From Cyanobacteriota bacterium (GTDB taxonomy: Bacteria > Cyanobacteriota > Cyanobacteriia > Cyanobacteriales > Nostocaceae), in assembly GCA_046045965.1 (NCBI GenBank), contig JBJOKS010000068.1:1-10291 (forward strand): a DNA stretch of 10,291 bases, given 5' to 3'. Shown here one piece after another: positions 1 through 7,312 of this stretch. The position numbers and the translations under genes are program-made. Below the pieces are notes generated by a model. The model saw only the letters and a list, made by a program, of their open reading frames with translations, was not told the origin of the DNA and ran no database searches. Positions within the stretch are counted from its first letter, which is position 1. Every line of letters starts with the position of its first letter.

Positions 1-2
1 CT

Positions 3-1091
3 CAAATTAAACAAGCACCTATTCAAGTTGATTTGAATACAGTGCAGTTGTTCGATTTAGTCGAGTCCGTAGATCAGTTTTTTGCTGATACCCAAACCTT
101 ACCAGAGTTAACACTGGAACTACAACCTGTAACCAGACGTTATGGTGGGACTAGTCAAGCTTTACTGAAACAAGCAGTACCAGCAAGTGTGGGAATATCA
201 AGTTTAGCAGTAGCAGCAGTGGCATTTAGTTTGATTCCACCTCCCCAGGTACTTCCACCCGAACCGAAGCCAGAGGAAAAAACCAGCACAGCAGTACCCA
301 CATCCTCGCCTACACCAACCCTTGAAGCCACACCAACAACATCACCCACTACCTCACCTACACCAACAACATCACCCACGGACTCACCTACACCGACTAT
401 CAAAGATTTAGAAGCACTTTTGGGTTCAGTTCCAGAAATTACTGATCCCTCCCAGCTACGGGCATTAAATCGCCAAGTTTATAACCAAATTCATCCAGTT
501 TGGAATAATCGTACGGAAATTACAGAAGATTTAGTCTATCGCTTGGGTGTAGCTGCTGATGGTAGCATCATTGGTTATAAAGCCGTCAACCAAAAGGCTA
601 ATGACCAAATAGAAAAAATTCCACTGCCGAAGCTGCTATACAATCCTGCTAACCGCAGTATTACCAACGAACCTATGGCTCAATTTCGAGTAGTCTTTAC
701 TAGACAAGGTGTGTTGGAAGTCAGCCCTTGGCTGGGATATACCAGAAAACCAGATGTAATTGGTGACAAAATCACTGACTCCAGTACACTCAAAGACTTA
801 AACCAAACACTCTACAAGACAATTCGCCAAAATTGGAGCGTTACACCCACCTTTAACAGAGAATTAAAATATCGGGTAGCGGTAAACAAAATTGGTGTCA
901 TCGCTGACTATGAACCACTGAACCAAGTAGCCTTTGACTATTTTCGAGAAACACCTCTGCCACAGATGTTCCAATCTGAGTACGGTTCTAATGCAGCTGC
1001 CCCTAATAACAAAGAACCTCTTGCCCACTTTCAAGTAATTTTTAAAGCTAACGGTACATTGGAAGTCAGTCCCTGGGAGGGATACAGGTAA
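3..1091 (+). CDS. DUF4335-like cyanobacterial membrane protein, 5'-truncated: end of N-terminal domain, one TM helix, Pro/Thr linker, two tandem ~100-aa homologous domains
   Basis: The frame is open from position 3 (QIKQAPIQVDLNTVQLFDLVESVDQFFAD), so the TTG at 33 is not the real start. LNTVQLFDLVExVDQFxAD matches my recollection of the DUF4335 family. Hydrophobic ASVGISSLAVAAVAFSLI lies at ~183-236, a P/T-rich linker at ~237-398, and duplicated domains at 438-740 and 771-1085, both ending LEVSPWxGY. Stop TAA at 1089-1091. Confidence 0.8.
   Translation, partial: QIKQAPIQVDLNTVQLFDLVESVDQFFADTQTLPELTLELQPVTRRYGGTSQALLKQAVPASVGISSLAVAAVAFSLIPPPQVLPPEPKPEEKTSTAVPTSSPTPTLEATPTTSPTTSPTPTTSPTDSPTPTIKDLEALLGSVPEITDPSQLRALNRQVYNQIHPVWNNRTEITEDLVYRLGVAADGSIIGYKAVNQKANDQIEKIPLPKLLYNPANRSITNEPMAQFRVVFTRQGVLEVSPWLGYTRKPDVIGDKITDSSTLKDLNQTLYKTIRQNWSVTPTFNRELKYRVAVNKIGVIADYEPLNQVAFDYFRETPLPQMFQSEYGSNAAAPNNKEPLAHFQVIFKANGTLEVSPWEGYR
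331..394 (+). repeat. In-frame 30-bp tandem repeat (2 copies plus a partial) encoding the PTTSPTxSPT linker
   Basis: caccaacaacatcacccactacctcaccta (331-360) and caccaacaacatcacccacggactcaccta (361-390), followed by cacc. Confidence 0.85.
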
Positions 1092-1092
1092 T

Positions 1093-1171
1093 AATTCAGA
1101 ATTCATAATTCATAATTCATAATTCATATTTGAAAAATTAATTATGAATTATGAATTAGTAATTATGAATT
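1093..1171. repeat. Inverted pair of heptamer (STRR-type) arrays between convergent genes; probable bidirectional terminator or 3'-end hairpin
   Basis: AATTCAG plus (AATTCAT)x4 at 1093-1127, then reverse-complement units ATGAATT, ATGAATT, AGTAATT, ATGAATT at 1144-1171. The arrays fill the gap between two stop codons. Confidence 0.85.
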
Positions 1172-3444
1172 TATTTGGTGATTTTCCGCATATAATTCCC
1201 CCATAACTGTGCTGCTTGTCCGCTGCTACCAGATGTGGGGGAATTATTGTCATTTCCTAGCCAAATACCAGTTACAAGTTGCCGACTGGGAATAAAACCA
1301 ATAAACCACAGGTCAACGTTCTTATCAGTTGTACCGGTTTTACCCCCTTCACCCAGTCCCTGTCCCAAAGCCGCACCACGGCCAGTACCACTGGAAATTA
1401 CTCTCTGCATCATATCGGTCATTGTATTGGCTACATCTGTTTTCAGCACTCGCTTATTGCCATTTGGATCTTGATCGTAAGAGTAGATCACACGGCAGGT
1501 CTTTAAATCATTGCGATCTTCACAATCGCTGCTGTCTAAAATCCTGCTAATAGCATGGGGCGGATTCCATATACCACGATTGTTAATAGCGCCAAAAGCA
1601 CCGGTCATTTCTAAAACATTGACTACACTTTGACCAAGGACTAAACCGGGAACAGCTTCCAGTGAAGATTTAACTCCTAAACGCTGCGCCATTTCTACGA
1701 CTTTATTTAGTCCTACTTCTCTGGCAATTCTTAAAGCCACAGGGTTTTCTGAAAGTGCCAAACCAGTGGCCATATCTAAACTACCACCACCAGAGCGACA
1801 GGGTTTGTAGGTAAAGCCACCCCAAGGAAATGCACTGCAAGAATAGGTTCTTGATGTTGGTATTCCCTGTTCCAGAGCAGCAGCGTAAGCAAAAATCTTG
1901 AAGGTAGAACCTGGCTGTCTTTGCGCTTGCACAGCACGATTAAACTGGCTTTTTTTGTAATCAGTCCCCCCGACCATTGCTAAGATGCTGCCAGTTTTGG
2001 AGTCTAAGGTAACAAGCGCCCCTTGGGAAAATCGCAGGTTTGACCCGACGTTACTGACTGAATTTTGCAGTGCTGATTCTGCTTGGGCTTGCATTGCCGG
2101 ATCTAACTGGGTTTCAATGATGTAGTTACCCTCTCTTGCTGCTCCCTCCCCCAATATCGATTCCAGTTCTTGAAAGACGTAATTATAAAAGTAAGGGGCA
2201 ATTGTCTGAGCTTGCCTTTCGCAAACTTTAGGACTAACTTGAACAGGGGAACGTCTGGCTCGGTTGGCTTCTTCGACGCTAATTTTGCCCATGTCCAACA
2301 TCCGCCTAATTACACGATTTCGGTAATCTGCTGCTCCTAGTTTCCTTGGACCATCCCCACAAAAATCGAAGGCGTTGGGAGCCGGTAATATTCCTACCAG
2401 CGTCGCTGCTTCTGAGAGAGTTAATTCTTTGGCTGATTTTTCAAAGTAATATTTAGCTGCATCTTCAAAGCCGGAAGTGTCACCACCTAAAAATACTCGA
2501 TTTAAGTAGGTTAGTAAAATATCATCTTTGCTGTAAAAGGTTTCTAACTTGAGGGAAACAACTGCTTCACGCACTTTCCTCCCCAAGGAATCTTGTCTAC
2601 CTACATAATCGCGGAATAAACTGCGGGCAAGTTGTTGAGTAACTGTACTAGCTCCCTGCTGTACATCACCTGAGCGGCTATTGATTAATACGGCTCGCAA
2701 AACTCCTAAAGGGTCAACTCCAAAGTGCCAGTAATAACGACTATCTTCAGAAGCAACTACCGCAGCGGGTAGGTAGGGACCAAAGTCTGATAATTGTTTT
2801 AGGTCTATGTGAGCTATATTCCGTGGCTCTCGTAGTGGTGTGGAACCATCACGGGCATAAATTACTATAGGGGCTTGTGTGGCTGTGGGTAGGGGTCTGA
2901 CGGAAAATTTTGTCCATTCTAAGCCAATGGCTAGGGCAAATAAGGCACTGACACTACCAACACCATAAAATGCCCATGTCCCTGCTTTGATATACCAGGG
3001 AGGCGGATCGATGTATTGCAAGCGTACTGAGGCGGCTAGTTCTGGCGGACCCAAGGTGAAAACGTCACCATGACGCAGTTCTAGGGATGTGACTCGTCGT
3101 TTGCCAATATAAATGCCATTGGTGGAATTTTCATCTTTGATGGTGAATGTGGGCGTTCTTTGGCTGGAATCTCGCGACAGGGAAAGGTGAATTTGGCTGA
3201 CTACTGGGTTGCGGACGACGATATCACAGGATTTGGAACTACGACCAAGTATATAGCGATCGCCCAATAGGGGATATATTTCCGCTTTGTCCGCCCCCGC
3301 ATCCTGCACCCAGATTTCCGGTACTTTGGCATTCGGCTTGAGCGCCAGTTTGGAAAAATCTACCCTGGCTTGAATTGTGTTTACTGCTTGTGTCAGTTGA
3401 CCAAGTAAGGTTTGTGGCTTTTGCGGCGGTTGCGGAGAACTCAT
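1171..3444 (-). CDS. Class A (bifunctional transglycosylase/transpeptidase, PBP1A-family) penicillin-binding protein with an N-terminal FHA domain
   Basis: 757 aa. FHA signature ILGR..CDIVV..PVVSQIH..DENSTNG (aa ~42-145), TM at aa ~157-177. GT51 motifs EDSRYYWHFGVD, GASTVTQQL, RKVRE and YLNRVFLG. Transpeptidase motifs SxxK (PGSTFK), SxN (SEN) and KTG (GKTGT). Confidence 0.95.
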   Translation of the reverse strand: MSSPQPPQKPQTLLGQLTQAVNTIQARVDFSKLALKPNAKVPEIWVQDAGADKAEIYPLLGDRYILGRSSKSCDIVVRNPVVSQIHLSLSRDSSQRTPTFTIKDENSTNGIYIGKRRVTSLELRHGDVFTLGPPELAASVRLQYIDPPPWYIKAGTWAFYGVGSVSALFALAIGLEWTKFSVRPLPTATQAPIVIYARDGSTPLREPRNIAHIDLKQLSDFGPYLPAAVVASEDSRYYWHFGVDPLGVLRAVLINSRSGDVQQGASTVTQQLARSLFRDYVGRQDSLGRKVREAVVSLKLETFYSKDDILLTYLNRVFLGGDTSGFEDAAKYYFEKSAKELTLSEAATLVGILPAPNAFDFCGDGPRKLGAADYRNRVIRRMLDMGKISVEEANRARRSPVQVSPKVCERQAQTIAPYFYNYVFQELESILGEGAAREGNYIIETQLDPAMQAQAESALQNSVSNVGSNLRFSQGALVTLDSKTGSILAMVGGTDYKKSQFNRAVQAQRQPGSTFKIFAYAAALEQGIPTSRTYSCSAFPWGGFTYKPCRSGGGSLDMATGLALSENPVALRIAREVGLNKVVEMAQRLGVKSSLEAVPGLVLGQSVVNVLEMTGAFGAINNRGIWNPPHAISRILDSSDCEDRNDLKTCRVIYSYDQDPNGNKRVLKTDVANTMTDMMQRVISSGTGRGAALGQGLGEGGKTGTTDKNVDLWFIGFIPSRQLVTGIWLGNDNNSPTSGSSGQAAQLWGNYMRKITK
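3256..3263. repeat. HIP1 octamer
   Basis: GCGATCGC. Confidence 0.9.
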
Positions 3445-3883
3445 CGGCTATATCACATCACAGCTGTTAGTGAAGACAGAATCGCACGGATAGCAATTTT
3501 AATGCTAGTCTGACACCATTTTACTCACAAGCCAAAAATAAATTCTTAATACTGGACTTTAACTGTTAAATATTATACTGGTGTTTTTGGTTATGGAAAT
3601 TAATTTGTAATTTTTTGCACTGGTTTTTTAAGATAAAAATTATTCTCACTCAAATCAAAAGCTCATTTTATCTAATATAAATAGCTGCACAGAGACAACT
3701 ACTATATTTGTTTTTGTATTACTAAACACCTCTCGAAAATCTACATAAGATTTAAATGCTACCATCAGCTAATTAACTACTACAAATCAGACAATTTTAC
3801 ATCTACCTTTTGACAGATTTTGTCCAATCAGGAGTTTGATTTAATTAGCGAAGTGTTCCGTTGACCTTGAGGTTAATTTCACA

Positions 3884-4456
3884 ATGAAGGGAAAATCTCT
3901 GACGCTGATTGGTACAGCCATGACTTTGGCGCTTACCAGCAATGTTGCTATGGCACAATCAAGTAAATCCTTGTTAGCAGAATCAAGTGACTCATCTATG
4001 GGTTCAGCTGCGGAAATTAAAATGTCACCAGAAGGGATGAAAATTCTCTGTGAACGTTTTCCGCTGAATTCCCGTTGTCCAAATGGTATACCACTTGATA
4101 AGGGTTTTCAAAGTCCTGCTCCAGCACCAGATACTAATTCTGTAGAGAGCAATACTAATTTAGATAATACCACTGTACCTGTTACACCAACTAGCCCAAC
4201 TCCTGATAATTCCACTCAATTAACTCCAGCACCATTAACACCAACTAGTCCAACTCCTGATAATTCCACTCAATTAACTCCAGCACCATTAACACCAACT
4301 AGTCCAACTCCTGATAATTCTACTCAATTAACTCCAGTTCCAGAAAGTTCCTCTTCACAGGAGTTCGGTAAAGGTGAAAGTAGTGAACAAGGAGCAGGTT
4401 TGACTGAGCAAGTTCCTGTAAATATTTTGCCACAAACTCCCCCTGCTGGGATGTAA
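3884..4456 (+). CDS. Hypothetical secreted protein: signal peptide, CERFPLNSRC motif, Pro/Thr/Ser-rich tandem repeats
   Basis: 190-aa ORF with GAGG about 11 nt upstream of the ATG. Sec-type signal MKGKSLTLIGTAMTLALTSNVAMA|Q with an A-x-A site. Cys56-x8-Cys65, followed by about three copies of TPTSPTPDNSTQLTPAPL. Confidence 0.85.
   Translation: MKGKSLTLIGTAMTLALTSNVAMAQSSKSLLAESSDSSMGSAAEIKMSPEGMKILCERFPLNSRCPNGIPLDKGFQSPAPAPDTNSVESNTNLDNTTVPVTPTSPTPDNSTQLTPAPLTPTSPTPDNSTQLTPAPLTPTSPTPDNSTQLTPVPESSSSQEFGKGESSEQGAGLTEQVPVNILPQTPPAGM
4184..4342 (+). repeat. In-frame 54-bp tandem repeat, ~2.9 near-identical copies
   Basis: Units start at 4184, 4238 and 4292 (acaccaactagYccaactcctgataattcYactcaattaactccag...). 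Differences are single synonymous changes until the end of unit 3. Confidence 0.95.
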
Positions 4457-4568
4457 CCCTGAATTTTTTAACTCAGACTTCTACTCCTTAACGAACAACT
4501 CTCGCTACATTTATTTGTTCAATCAGGGGATTTTCCCAAAGTTTGCATCAACAATACAACAATAATAT

Positions 4569-4630
4569 TCTCTATCACTGAAGCAGCGGATTTTTAAACG
4601 TCAATAAACCGCTGCTATTGGCGATAGAGA
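4569..4630. terminator. Long imperfect hairpin between the convergent hypothetical gene and lspA; probable (bidirectional) terminator
   Basis: TCTCTATC (4569-4576) pairs with GATAGAGA (4623-4630), and AGCAGCGG (4582-4589) pairs with CCGCTGCT (4609-4616), with partial pairing between them. It lies 22 nt past the lspA stop. Confidence 0.7.
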
Positions 4631-4652
4631 TTTACAGCATAACTGTTACTTT

Positions 4653-5129
4653 TTAGCGTGTTCTATGATTAGAAGTAGGTGTGTTTTGGAAAGAAGCAAT
4701 TAACAGACAAACAATACCAATACTAATAAAAGAATCAGCCATATTAAATACTGCAAAGTTGATCAGGCGAAAGTCGAGAAAATCAACGACGTAGCCTAAA
4801 GCAAATCTATCAATACCATTACCCATAGCTCCACCTAAAATTAAACCATAACCTAACTGCTCCCAAAAGCTTAACACTGGTCCAAAGGATGCGATCGCTA
4901 TCAATACTAAACTCACTCCCAAGGATAACCAGCGCAACCATTCTACTTTCCCACTTAAAAGACTAAAGGCTGCACCGGTGTTGGTGACATAGGTAAAATG
5001 AAATATTCCTGGTAGCAGTGGTAGTGTTTGTCCCAAGGTAAAGGTTTTCACTACCCAGTATTTGGTCAGTTGGTCTGTAACAAAAGCAGTGAAGGCAAAA
5101 ATCCAAAAGAGGCGATTTTTTAAGCGCAT
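4653..5129 (-). CDS. lspA: Lipoprotein signal peptidase (signal peptidase II)
   Basis: 158 aa with canonical motifs DQLTK, NTGAAFS, GAMGNGIDR, VVDFLD and FNMADSFI (catalytic Asp pair), and four hydrophobic segments. Confidence 0.97.
   Translation of the reverse strand: MRLKNRLFWIFAFTAFVTDQLTKYWVVKTFTLGQTLPLLPGIFHFTYVTNTGAAFSLLSGKVEWLRWLSLGVSLVLIAIASFGPVLSFWEQLGYGLILGGAMGNGIDRFALGYVVDFLDFRLINFAVFNMADSFISIGIVCLLIASFQNTPTSNHRTR
4891..4898. repeat. HIP1 octamer
   Basis: GCGATCGC. Confidence 0.9.
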
Positions 5130-5139
5130 TATAAATTGT

Positions 5140-5189
<50 letters not shown>

Positions 5190-5193
5190 TCTT

Positions 5194-5252
5194 AATTTTG
5201 GATTTTGGATTATGTTTGGTTGACTCCAATCTAAAATCTCAAATCTAAAATT
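5194..5252. repeat. Inverted heptamer arrays (GATTTTG-like / AATCTAA-like) able to form a hairpin in the bioY-lspA spacer
   Basis: AATTTTGGATTTTGGATT (5194-5211) faces AATCTAAAATCTCAAATCTAAAATT (5228-5252). Confidence 0.75.
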
Positions 5253-5302
5253 TTCTTCTTCTGTTTCCCTGTTCCCTTCTTCTACTGTTAACTGTTAATT
5301 GA

Positions 5303-5890
5303 CTAATAAAACATGATATGTCGTAGTACATAAGCGATGATAGTGACAGCACAGACTACAACTAGTTGTCCAGGTAACGAAAACCAGGAATATTTGAGGA
5401 TTGCTTGTATTAAAGGTAGATGGTCTGCAACTCTCCAGGGAAAAAGATAACTGATCATTAAATAAGCAATACCGCAGATGTGAACGGTTAACAACCCGCA
5501 AAGGCAACTAAAAGCCAGGGTTTCTAAACGAGGTCTGGCTTTAAAGGCAAAATAGCCACAAATCCAAGCTCCGGGAATAAAACCCAGCAGATAGCCAAAC
5601 TGTGATAGTTTAACATAACCCATACCGCCTCCTTCGGCAAATACAGGCAATAAAGTTAAACCCATGACTAAATAAGCGATCTGGGAAAGCGCACCAGCAT
5701 TTTTACCTCCTAAACAACCTACCAACAACACCGCACCAATTTGATAGCTAACTCCTAAAGAAAAGGTTTTAATTCCTTGCTGACTCCAACTCCAAGGTAA
5801 GGTAGTGCCATAGGCTTCTAGGAACGTGCCACCCATTGTCAGGAGTAAGCCAATCATGGACCATAATAATTGATTGGAAGCAGCAAACAT
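5303..5890 (-). CDS. bioY: Biotin transporter BioY (ECF S-component)
   Basis: 195-aa highly hydrophobic protein with BioY-type motifs SYQIGAVLLVGCLGG, SQIAYLVMGLTLLPVFAEGGG and GYLLGFIPGAWICG. No ECF A/T genes are adjacent. Confidence 0.92.
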   Translation of the reverse strand: MFAASNQLLWSMIGLLLTMGGTFLEAYGTTLPWSWSQQGIKTFSLGVSYQIGAVLLVGCLGGKNAGALSQIAYLVMGLTLLPVFAEGGGMGYVKLSQFGYLLGFIPGAWICGYFAFKARPRLETLAFSCLCGLLTVHICGIAYLMISYLFPWRVADHLPLIQAILKYSWFSLPGQLVVVCAVTIIAYVLRHIMFY

Positions 5891-5994
5891 TTATCAGGCA
5901 ACAGGAAAAGGCCAAAGGCTAACAGCAACCAGTATAGTTGACACTCCCACTCCTGTTTGGACTTTGATGAGGAAAACAGAAAATTTGTGGGTTT

Positions 5995-6038
5995 GTTAAC
6001 CTTTTGTTTACCTGAGATTAAACATTTAGAGGTATGTT
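5995..6038 (+). promoter_or_regulatory. Cyanobacterial Pho box (SphR/PhoB site, three direct repeats) plus -10 element of the pstSCAB promoter
   Basis: GTTAACCT (5995-6002), GTTTACCT (6006-6013) and ATTAAACA (6017-6024) occur at exact 11-bp periodicity and resemble the PyTTAAPyPy(T/A) consensus. TATGTT at 6033-6038, 39 nt before the pstS ATG. Confidence 0.85.
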
Positions 6039-6077
6039 GGAGGCGCTCATCTGGCAATTTACAAAATTTGGACAGCA

Positions 6078-7256
6078 ATGCTATTACGTCAAATTCCCGT
6101 TAAAAAACATCGCTTGAAAACTGCTATTTCCGTATTAGCACTGACAATGGGTTTAGCTGCTTGTGGGGGAGAGTCAAACCCAGACAATGCTGCTACAAAT
6201 GAGAATACAGGAACTACTCAAAATACTACTGCCTCTAGTCCGGCTAAATTGGATTTGGGTGGAAATGTTACCTTGACTGGTGCTGGTGCATCTTTTCCTG
6301 CTCCACTTTACCAAACTTGGTTTGCTGAGTTGAACAAAAAATATCCGAGTTTGCAAGTTAACTATCAGTCAGTAGGTAGTGGTGCTGGAGTTGAGCAATT
6401 TACCAAAGGTACTGTAGACTTTGGTGCTAGTGATGTGGCGATGAAAGACGAAGAAATCGCTAAAATCCCACAGGAGAAGGGTGTAATTTTGTTACCTGTG
6501 ACTGCGGGTAGTATTGTTCTGGCTTATAATCTGCCAGATGTTGCTGAACTGAAACTACCACGAGCAGTATACACTGATATTCTACTGGGTAAAATTAAGT
6601 CTTGGGATGATCCAGCGATCGCTAAAGCTAACCCTGAAGCAAAGCTACCCAAGCTACCGATAGCTGTTATCTATCGTGCTGATGGTAGTGGTACTACAGG
6701 TGTGTTTACAAAACACCTCAGTGCTATCAGTCCAGAATGGAAAGAAAAAGTTGGTGAAGGGAAAAGTGTAAAATGGCCTGTGGGAGTTGGTGGTAAAGGT
6801 AATGAAGGTGTTACCGCCCAAATCCAACAAACTCAAGGTGCAATTGGTTACATAGAATATGGTTATGCCAAACAAAGTAATTTGAAAACTGCTGCTTTGG
6901 AAAACAAGAGTGGCAAAATTGTTACAGCTAATGAAGAATCAGCATCTAAAACTCTAGAAGCTGTAACCCTCCCAGAAAATCTCCGTGCCTTTATTGCTGA
7001 TCCAGAAGGTGCAGATTCTTACCCCATTGTCACCTATACTTGGATTCTGGCTTACAAAAAATATCCTGATGCAGCTAAAGCAAAAGCAATGGAAGCAGCT
7101 ATCGAGTACGCTTTGACTGATGGACAAAAGCTGGCTGGTGAATTAGGTTATGTACCTTTACCTGCCAATGTAGTTACTAAAGTGGCTGCTGTTGCTGATC
7201 AAATCAGTCCTGATTACAAAATTGCTGTTGCTGGTACTACTAGTGCTAGTAAATAG
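6078..7256 (+). CDS. pstS: Phosphate ABC transporter substrate-binding lipoprotein PstS
   Basis: 392 aa with lipobox LAAC (Cys29) and motifs GAGASFPAPLY, YQSVGSGAGVEQF, DFGASD, RADGSGTT, GKGNEGV, GAIGYIEY and YPIVTYTW. Confidence 0.97.
   Translation: MLLRQIPVKKHRLKTAISVLALTMGLAACGGESNPDNAATNENTGTTQNTTASSPAKLDLGGNVTLTGAGASFPAPLYQTWFAELNKKYPSLQVNYQSVGSGAGVEQFTKGTVDFGASDVAMKDEEIAKIPQEKGVILLPVTAGSIVLAYNLPDVAELKLPRAVYTDILLGKIKSWDDPAIAKANPEAKLPKLPIAVIYRADGSGTTGVFTKHLSAISPEWKEKVGEGKSVKWPVGVGGKGNEGVTAQIQQTQGAIGYIEYGYAKQSNLKTAALENKSGKIVTANEESASKTLEAVTLPENLRAFIADPEGADSYPIVTYTWILAYKKYPDAAKAKAMEAAIEYALTDGQKLAGELGYVPLPANVVTKVAAVADQISPDYKIAVAGTTSASK
6615..6622. repeat. HIP1 octamer
   Basis: GCGATCGC. Confidence 0.9.
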
Positions 7257-7312
7257 TTTAACTATTTTACACGGCTTCAAAACATTCCATCACTCTCATT
7301 AACAAATCAGTT

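Noticed and set aside
33..35. TTG start of the 352-aa ORF given in the track
   Set aside because: The frame is open back to the window edge and the TTG falls inside a conserved-looking motif, so the true start is upstream of the window.
155..403. 82-aa minus-strand ORF rich in VGVG/VGDVV
   Set aside because: It is the antisense shadow of the Pro/Thr linker codons of the plus-strand gene.
864..1550. Short ORFs 864-1106(-), 1235-1474(+), 1279-1506(+) and 1329-1550(+)
   Set aside because: They lie antisense to well-supported genes and have no recognisable motifs.
3607..3729. NtcA-like sites GTA-N8-CAC at 3607-3620 and 3716-3729
   Set aside because: Both miss the TAC half-site, I could not place a convincing -10 element at the canonical distance, and the background is AT-rich.
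4184..4342. Possible CRISPR-like array
   Set aside because: The units are contiguous 54-bp in-frame coding repeats with no unique spacers, and there are no cas genes.
237..4342. Idea that the Thr-Pro repeats of the two flanking proteins are phospho-ligands for the PBP's FHA domain
   Set aside because: Both repeat tracts follow a TM helix or signal peptide and are predicted to be extracytoplasmic, whereas the FHA domain is cytoplasmic.
5295..6078. ORFs 5295-5507(-) and 5854-6078(-)
   Set aside because: The first is an alternate frame within bioY. The second spans the Pho-box promoter and overlaps the bioY start, with no protein-like features.
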